From assembly GCA_031367385.1 (NCBI GenBank), contig JANLPS010000019.1:15263-79262 (forward strand): a DNA stretch of 64,000 nucleotides, read 5' to 3'. Shown here in pieces: positions 56,532 to 64,000 of this stretch. The notes below the pieces were generated by a model. That model had not been told where the DNA came from and made no database searches. It saw only the letters and a program-made list of their open reading frames with translations. The translations under genes and the position numbers were made by a program. Within the stretch, counting starts at the first letter, position 1. Every line of letters begins with the position of its first letter. The stretch comes from Archangium sp. GTDB lineage: Bacteria; Myxococcota; Myxococcia; Myxococcales; Myxococcaceae.

Positions 56532-57353
56532 CTACTTCACGAAGCTGACCAGCTGATTCACGCTCAGCGGCACGGCGGTCGCGCCAGACTGCACCTTCGC
56601 GTCGAACTGCACCTGCGCGTTGCCCCGCTGCACCGCGTTGAAGATGCCCATGCCCGCGCTCATGAAGTTCACCGTGACCGGCAGCGCCACCGTCTTGGTG
56701 CCCTTGCCGTCGAGCGCGCCCAAGTCTCCCGTGCCGATCGACCCCAGGTTCGAGCCGGCCAGGTTCAAGTTGCCCACCACTCCGGCGATCGGCAGCGCGA
56801 AGGTGTTCTTGTTCGTCACCGTGAGTGGAAACTCGAAGGTCACGCCGGTAATCGACAGGTTCGAGACGCGCGGGTTGCCGAACGCGATCGCTGGCACCTT
56901 CGGCACCTCGAACTCACCCGCATGCGCCAGCGGCAAGCGAATCACCCCGATCGGCGTCTGAATGCCCAGCGAGCCCTCGGCTCGGTACTTCGCCATGTCT
57001 TTGTTCAAGAACGTCTCGAGCACCGCGACCACGTCTTGAAACTTGAACGCCGCGGGAAAATGCAGCTCGGTCGAGCCACTCGCGGGTATCTGCAACCCCT
57101 GCTTCGGAGCACCTGCCACCACCTGCTTGTCTTCGATGAACAGCGCGTAATCAACCGACGCCAGCGAGATGCCCACCGCGTTCGGGTTGTCGAGCGACCA
57201 CACTGTGTCGAGCGTGAGCCCGGCCAACGAGAGGTCTCCCAGGCCCAGACGCTTGAAGGCGAAGGTCGGCTCGCGAAACGCCGTTCGCAAGAAGTTCGTC
57301 AGCTCGGCGCAGCCCGCCAGGCCCATCACCACCACCAGCAGCGTCTTTTTCAT
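56532..57353 (-). CDS. LEA type 2 (WHy) double-domain lipoprotein
   Basis: Lipobox LAGC; NPN and NKN motifs in two tandem domains. Confidence 0.88.
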   Translation of the reverse strand: MKKTLLVVVMGLAGCAELTNFLRTAFREPTFAFKRLGLGDLSLAGLTLDTVWSLDNPNAVGISLASVDYALFIEDKQVVAGAPKQGLQIPASGSTELHFPAAFKFQDVVAVLETFLNKDMAKYRAEGSLGIQTPIGVIRLPLAHAGEFEVPKVPAIAFGNPRVSNLSITGVTFEFPLTVTNKNTFALPIAGVVGNLNLAGSNLGSIGTGDLGALDGKGTKTVALPVTVNFMSAGMGIFNAVQRGNAQVQFDAKVQSGATAVPLSVNQLVSFVK

Positions 57354-57430
57354 TTCAGTCTCCGGTGTCGCCCAGGCTGGCCAGTTCAGCCAGTAAATTC
57401 ATCGCCTTGCAAACTTACTTGCATCAATAC

Positions 57431-57450
57431 ACATAAAGACATATTCATTG
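57431..57450 (+). promoter_or_regulatory. Possible SahR operator
   Basis: AT-rich ACATAAAG-N4-ATTCATTG just upstream of the ArsR-methyltransferase gene; only one half-site is good. Confidence 0.35.
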
Positions 57451-57458
57451 CTTCGCCC

Positions 57459-58487
57459 GTGACCACGCCTTCTCTCACCCGCGCAGCCGCCCAGAGCCGA
57501 CTGCCCCCGCGCGTCGACCTCTTTCGCATCTTCGCGGAGCCCGACCGCCTGCAAATGCTGGCCCTCTGCGCCGACGACGAGCTCTCGGTCTCTGAGCTGG
57601 CCACGCTGCTCAACGACAGCCAGCCGCAAATCAGCCGCAAGGTGGCGCCGCTGCGCGAGGCGGGGTTGCTTGAATCGCGCCGCGACGGCACCCGCATTTT
57701 TCTGCGCACGATTCGCGAAGTGGCTGAGGCCGACCCGGTGGTCGCCGATGCGCAGGCCGAAGGTCGCAGACTCTGTCTGGTCGACGGCAGCCTGGCCCGC
57801 GTGCCCGGCATCATCGCCGCGCGCGAAGACACCGGTCGCTCGCACTTCGAGGTGGCGACTCCGCCCGCGCAGACCACCGCGACGTCTTCACCCGAGCACC
57901 TGGCCCACCTGGCGGCCTTGGCCCCGTTGATGCCCGGCCGTCAGCTCGCCATCGACGTCGGCACCGGTGACGGGCTGGTGCTCGATGTGCTGGCGCCGCT
58001 CTACCAACGCGTCATCGCGGTCGAGCGCAGCCGGGCTCAGCTCGCGCGCGTCTCAGACCGGGTCGCCTCGCGGGGCTTTCACCACGTCTCGCTCTTCTCC
58101 GGCAGCTACGACGACTCCGCGTTGCTCGAGCGCGTCGACGCCGCGGGAGGCGCCGACCTGGTCTTCGCCGGTCGCACTCTTCACCACGCCTCACGCCCCG
58201 GCCAAGCCATCGCCTCGTTCGCCCGCCTGCTCAAGCGCGGTGGGCACCTGGTGGTGCTCGACTACCTGCCCCACGCGAACGACGAGCTGCGCGGCGAAAA
58301 CGGAGACGTCTGGCTCGGCTTTCCCTCCGACGGGCTCGTGCGCTTCTTCGAAGATGCCGGGCTGATTCAGGTCGGCACCGTCGCGATACCGACTGCCTTT
58401 CACCCCTCTGGCCCTGACGCCGCGCTCAACTGGCACGGCTGGGTCGCGCAAAAACCGCCCTTCCTCTCGCCGACCGCGAGAGTTTAA
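57459..58487 (+). CDS. sahR: ArsR-family regulator fused to a SAM-binding methyltransferase domain (SahR-like)
   Basis: ELSVSEL..LL..SQP.ISR....LREAGL; DVGTGDG; located upstream of ahcY. Confidence 0.85.
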   Translation: MTTPSLTRAAAQSRLPPRVDLFRIFAEPDRLQMLALCADDELSVSELATLLNDSQPQISRKVAPLREAGLLESRRDGTRIFLRTIREVAEADPVVADAQAEGRRLCLVDGSLARVPGIIAAREDTGRSHFEVATPPAQTTATSSPEHLAHLAALAPLMPGRQLAIDVGTGDGLVLDVLAPLYQRVIAVERSRAQLARVSDRVASRGFHHVSLFSGSYDDSALLERVDAAGGADLVFAGRTLHHASRPGQAIASFARLLKRGGHLVVLDYLPHANDELRGENGDVWLGFPSDGLVRFFEDAGLIQVGTVAIPTAFHPSGPDAALNWHGWVAQKPPFLSPTARV

Positions 58488-58515
58488 CCCCCGCAGTACT
58501 CACTGAAAGCAGACC

Positions 58516-59856
<1,341 letters not shown>

Positions 59857-59876
59857 GCGGCGCCTGACCCTTCGCT

Positions 59877-59901
59877 GGGCCGGGAGCACCACTCCCGGCC
59901 C
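59877..59901 (+). terminator. GC-rich hairpin after ahcY
   Basis: gggccgggag-cacca-ctcccggccc, 10-bp stem; no U-tract. Confidence 0.55.
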
Positions 59902-60146
59902 TCGCAAGGCGAGAATCGAACAAGTTATTTTTGATGGTCGACGCCGAGCGGGCGGCTGGTCGCGAACGGCACCATCGGGAGTTGAGCTTGTCGTCGGTGT
60001 CGTCACGCCACCCACATTCGCTCGAGGTCGGCGCTCACCTGCGCCCACCGCCCTGGGTCGCACTGTCAGCAAAACCCCGACCTCGATTCTGGCCTGCGGG
60101 TCTACGACTCATTCATCTATTGTTGGGCCTCACCTGAAGGAGACCC

Positions 60147-61292
60147 ATGAAGACGTCTCAGATTCATCTCAAGCGCAGTGACTGGTCGCCCACTGAAGTC
60201 GCTCGTCTCAGGCAGATAGAGCCACAAGTCGTGCTGGGGTTCGGCAATGTCGATTGGCTGTCGACTGACGGGTTCTTGGCAAAGCTGAACCGCGAAGTGG
60301 GTGCGCCATGCTTCGTCGGGTGCTCGACCGCGGGCGAAATCACCAACAAGGGTCGCTTCGATGACACCTTGGTGCTGACGGCCATTCACTTCGACGATGC
60401 CCATTCGAAGGTCGAAGCCCGCATCTTCGCGGTACAAAAGAGTCAGACCGAGACGGGCGCGGTCATCGGTCAAGCCTTTGCTCGGCCGCACCTCAAGGCC
60501 ATTCTTCTCTTCACGTCGATTGGCTCGCTCGACGGCTCTGCCTTGCTCGAAGAGCTCAAGCGCGTGGTGGGCCCAGAAGTACACATCAGCGGGGGCATCG
60601 CGGGTGACTCTGGCCGATTCAAGCAATCGGTCGTCTTCAACGGCGCCGAGGCTTCGACGACGGGCGTTCTCGCAGTGGCATTTTACGGCGAATCGCTCAC
60701 GACCCAGCACGGAGTTGGCACCGGGTTTCAAGCTTTCGGCAACGTGCGAACGGTCACGAAAGCCTCGAATAGCACCGTGCTCGAAATCGACGGTCGACCG
60801 GCGCTCGATGTCTACAAAGAGGCCTTGGGCAAGCATGCAGCCGAGCTCCCGGCCAACGGCCTGATGTTTCCTTTCTCGGTGCTCGATGAAAACAACCACG
60901 AGTCGGGGCTGATTCGCGCCGTGATGACGATCGACGAGCCGACGAAGGCCATCGTCCTGGCTGGCGACTTGAAGAGCGGCTCACGAGTCAAGCTGATGCG
61001 CGCCCACAATCAGTCACTCGTCGAGGGTGCGCGCAGCGCTGCCACGCACGCGGCGGGCCTCAAGGTGCCTCCCCACTCTCTGGGGCTGATGATTAGCTGT
61101 GTCGCCCGCAAGTTCGTCATGGGAGACGCAATCGACGATGAGCTCGAAGCGGTGACGGCTGAGCTCAAGAATTGTGACGACTACACAGGCTTCTACGCGT
61201 ACGGCGAATTTGGGCCGTTCTACAGCCAGCAAGATTGCCAGCTCCACAATCAGACCATCACCATCATGGTTCTGAGCGAGGCCCAGGCCTGA
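60147..61292 (+). CDS. FIST_N/FIST_C sensory protein (NosP-like)
   Basis: GCSTAGEI, GGIAGD, SCVARK, GFYAYGE and LHNQT motifs. Confidence 0.93.
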   Translation: MKTSQIHLKRSDWSPTEVARLRQIEPQVVLGFGNVDWLSTDGFLAKLNREVGAPCFVGCSTAGEITNKGRFDDTLVLTAIHFDDAHSKVEARIFAVQKSQTETGAVIGQAFARPHLKAILLFTSIGSLDGSALLEELKRVVGPEVHISGGIAGDSGRFKQSVVFNGAEASTTGVLAVAFYGESLTTQHGVGTGFQAFGNVRTVTKASNSTVLEIDGRPALDVYKEALGKHAAELPANGLMFPFSVLDENNHESGLIRAVMTIDEPTKAIVLAGDLKSGSRVKLMRAHNQSLVEGARSAATHAAGLKVPPHSLGLMISCVARKFVMGDAIDDELEAVTAELKNCDDYTGFYAYGEFGPFYSQQDCQLHNQTITIMVLSEAQA

Positions 61293-61307
61293 TTTGGCGA
61301 ACCGACC

Positions 61308-62936
61308 TTGATCAACCGGTATCTTCGTCGACAGGTTCAGAAGTACCTGGGCCTCGACGATGCAAGTCAGCTGAGCGCGGTCGCAGAATGGCTCAAGACC
61401 CACGACGTGGCTCTCCAGTCAGAGCCGGTAGGGCATTTTCTCGAGGGCTTTGACGGGTTCATCACGTCTCTCGACCGAAGCTTCAGCGAGTTTGAGCGGG
61501 TCGTCAAAGCCCGCGAGACCTCGCTCGACATCGCCGAGACCGAGCTGACCTCGCTCAACGAGCAACTGACCCGCGAGGCCGAGCTGCGTTCGCGGGTGCT
61601 CTCTCGCCTGCAAGAGATCGTCGCCGCGCTCGACGAGGGCGGTCGCTCAGAGCCTCTGGGTACCCACGCCGAGCTCGAGCAGCTGACCACCAATGTCGAA
61701 GAATTGGCGCGCTCGCACCGGTCGCGCCTCAGAGACATTCGGCTCATTTTTGCCGAGAGCCTGCGGCTTTCAACGAGCAAGACGTGGCTCGAGCTTGCAG
61801 ACAACCTCTCGGCCTCGGCACAAGTCATTCTCGAGGTGCCGATGACCGTGCTCAGCTTTGCGTCGGGCGAGCTGCTTCGGCGTGGCGAGGGTTCGAGATA
61901 CCAGAGCCTCTCTTCGGTCGAGACTGAGCGAAGCACCACTCAGAGCAAACTTCAGGAGACGTGCACCTGGTTGTTTCCGCTCAGGCTCTCAGACACTGAG
62001 GCGCCGGGGTTGTTGCTGCAGCTCTTCGTGCCCGGCATTACGGCCTCGCAGCGGGAGCGCTTCACGAGCTTGTTCAGCGCGCTGGCTCCGGCGGTTTTCT
62101 CGACCTGCGAATTGATTCGTTTCGTTGGTGAAGTTCAGCGACGTTCACAGCTCGAAGCTGAGCTCAACACCGCGCGGCTTGTGCAGCAGACGCTCATGCC
62201 CGCCGATCAGGTGCAACTCGGGTCGCTGCTCGAGGTGCGCGCGTTCTTTCAAACAGCCAGTGAGTGCGGCGGCGACTGGTGGAGCTGCTACCAGCTGCCA
62301 GAGGGCCGTCAGCTGGTACTGGTGGGTGACGTCTCGGGGCACGGCACCGCGAGCGCGCTGGTGACAGCGTTGGCGAAGGGTTTTTGCGATGCAGCCGTCT
62401 GCGAGCCTTCTTTCAGCTCAACCAAGTTGCTCGAGCGGCTCGACGCTCTGCTCGCGGGCGTCAGCCACGGCACCCAGCGTGCGATGAGCCTGGTGGTCGC
62501 GCTGTTCGACCCTCAGGCGTGTACCTGCGAAATCAGCAGCGCCGGCCACCCCCCCGTTCATTGGGTGTCGCGCCAGGCTGATGGCTCAACGAAGGTGACC
62601 GCACTCGCGGGTTGCGGAGATCTGCTCGGGGTCGCGCGCGCCCAAGACCAGAAGGCGCAGTTCATGACCATCGTCCGCCACTACCAGCCAGGAGACACCT
62701 GGGTGCTTTATTCAGACGGGCTGGTCGAGGTGAAGTCGCCAGAGGGCCAGCAGTTCGGCAATGGCCGCCTCGCAAGAATGCTCAGAACCCAAGCGCCGAC
62801 GGCCTCGGCCCAGCAGACGCGCGACGCCATTCAGTCGGCATTTACGAAGTTCGTGGGGTCGTCGTTGCCCGACGATGACGTCACGGTCGTGGTAGTCAAA
62901 TCAACCGAACAAATCCCATCGGAGCCGACGCCATGA
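61308..62936 (+). CDS. PP2C/SpoIIE-family phosphatase with N-terminal coiled coil
   Basis: GGDWW, GDVSGHG, SAGHPP, YSDGLVE and DDVT motifs. Confidence 0.93.
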   Translation: MINRYLRRQVQKYLGLDDASQLSAVAEWLKTHDVALQSEPVGHFLEGFDGFITSLDRSFSEFERVVKARETSLDIAETELTSLNEQLTREAELRSRVLSRLQEIVAALDEGGRSEPLGTHAELEQLTTNVEELARSHRSRLRDIRLIFAESLRLSTSKTWLELADNLSASAQVILEVPMTVLSFASGELLRRGEGSRYQSLSSVETERSTTQSKLQETCTWLFPLRLSDTEAPGLLLQLFVPGITASQRERFTSLFSALAPAVFSTCELIRFVGEVQRRSQLEAELNTARLVQQTLMPADQVQLGSLLEVRAFFQTASECGGDWWSCYQLPEGRQLVLVGDVSGHGTASALVTALAKGFCDAAVCEPSFSSTKLLERLDALLAGVSHGTQRAMSLVVALFDPQACTCEISSAGHPPVHWVSRQADGSTKVTALAGCGDLLGVARAQDQKAQFMTIVRHYQPGDTWVLYSDGLVEVKSPEGQQFGNGRLARMLRTQAPTASAQQTRDAIQSAFTKFVGSSLPDDDVTVVVVKSTEQIPSEPTP

Positions 62937-64000
62937 CCTCGTTGAGCGTTGAACGCCGAACCAGCCCTGAAGGCGTACTCCTCAGACTCACCGGCCGCAT
63001 CGATGAGACGATGACGGCTGATCAACTCCAGTCTACGGCCGCGACCACCGTGATCGACTTAGATGGTGTCTCGCTCATCACTTCTTTCGGGGTGCGCGAG
63101 TGGCTGCGATCTGTCGAGCTGTGCCGCGGCTACTTGGGTTTCGTGAATTGCAGGCCGGCGCTGGTGAATCAATTCAACATGATCGGGCGCTTCGCGGGGC
63201 GCGGCCAGTTGCTCTCATTCTACGCCCCGTATCTGTGCCCCAGTTGCAACGCCAATTTCGAAGCGCTGCTCGATGTTCGAAAGCACTACAGTCTGCTCTC
63301 GGCCAACCAACTACCTGTTCAGCACTGCCCTCAGTGCCAGGCCGAGGCCGAGCTCGACGATTTGCCCGAGGCGTTGCTCAGCTACATCACGGCCAACCCG
63401 AAGCCGAACCCACCGCGCGGCGTAGACGTCTTGCTCTCGGGTCGAGCCGTGATGGCCGCTCCAGCCCGCGACGTGTTTCGGGTGCAACAAGAAGTCGAAG
63501 AGCGGGCGACCATCTTGTGGCTTTCGGGGCCCCTCGACAAACACGCGCGCCTCGGCCGAGTCACCGGAGGCCTCGAGGGTGCGGTGCTGGTGGTGCTTCA
63601 AGACGTTTCGCGCATCGACGCTCACGGCGCGCGAGCGCTCCTCGAGCTCAACTCAGCCGCGGTCACCTTCTTGGCGCTGCTGCGACTGCCAGAGGCCGTC
63701 TACGCGTCATTGCCACCCGAGGTCGCCCAGCAGCTGCCAATTGCGAGCATCATGACGCGAGGGTGGTGCGGGCACTGCAAAGACGCCTTCTCAGTTGAGC
63801 ATACGGGCTCGCTGACACTCTGTCGTACCTGCGGCGCGGCCTTGAACCTGCCCCAAGTCAACGCCAACACCGTTTTCCCGGTCGGGCTGAGCTCTCTGCT
63901 GACCCAGCGAACCGGGCCTCGAGAAGCCAGCAAGGGGAGTTTTTTGGAGCGCTTCGAGATCATCAAACCCCTCGGGAGCGGGGGGATGGCCGAGGTGTTC
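62933..64000 (+). CDS. Tandem STAS/Zn-ribbon protein fused to a Ser/Thr kinase, 3'-truncated by the window
   Basis: Own translation: LTGRIDE...DLDGVSLITSFGVREW, CPSC/CPQC, second STAS-like unit, CGHC/CRTC, then RFEIIKPLGSGGMAEVF at the window end; ATGA overlap; absent from the ORF track. Confidence 0.85.
   Translation, partial: MTSLSVERRTSPEGVLLRLTGRIDETMTADQLQSTAATTVIDLDGVSLITSFGVREWLRSVELCRGYLGFVNCRPALVNQFNMIGRFAGRGQLLSFYAPYLCPSCNANFEALLDVRKHYSLLSANQLPVQHCPQCQAEAELDDLPEALLSYITANPKPNPPRGVDVLLSGRAVMAAPARDVFRVQQEVEERATILWLSGPLDKHARLGRVTGGLEGAVLVVLQDVSRIDAHGARALLELNSAAVTFLALLRLPEAVYASLPPEVAQQLPIASIMTRGWCGHCKDAFSVEHTGSLTLCRTCGAALNLPQVNANTVFPVGLSSLLTQRTGPREASKGSFLERFEIIKPLGSGGMAEVF

Noticed and set aside
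59902..60146. SAH/SAM riboswitch near ahcY
   Set aside because: The region is downstream of ahcY, and no consensus elements were recognised.

Overview
GC-rich bacterial DNA with a typical Myxococcota gene set: several Ser/Thr kinases, a Myxococcales-type ECF sigma factor, a PilA-like pilin and Cys-rich lipoproteins. The taxon is inferred from gene content only. Recognisable housekeeping genes are bioB-bioF, a stand-alone atpG, a YhhQ/QPTR transporter, a CDF exporter and sahR-ahcY. The best candidate for an undescribed system is a tightly coupled 12-gene operon (37069-49743). It encodes a MotA/MotB-type ion-conducting stator and, directly after it, a signal-peptide-bearing membrane-anchored protein whose cytoplasmic part resembles the FliG middle and C-terminal rotor domains. 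These are surrounded by lipoproteins, probable outer-membrane beta-barrels and a TonB-C/AgmX-like protein, and no flagellar genes are present in the window. Other notable items: (1) a duplicated divergent secreted-protein/receptor-kinase module; (2) a Sec-signal Rhs toxin with a papain-fold tip, no adjacent immunity gene and a flanking chimeric duplication scar; (3) an ECF plus kinase-STAND-TPR locus with a shared promoter-like motif upstream of neighbouring genes; (4) paired 18-bp palindromes between convergent genes; (5) a FIST-PP2C-STAS/kinase operon. All family assignments come from motifs recognised by eye; no searches were run.
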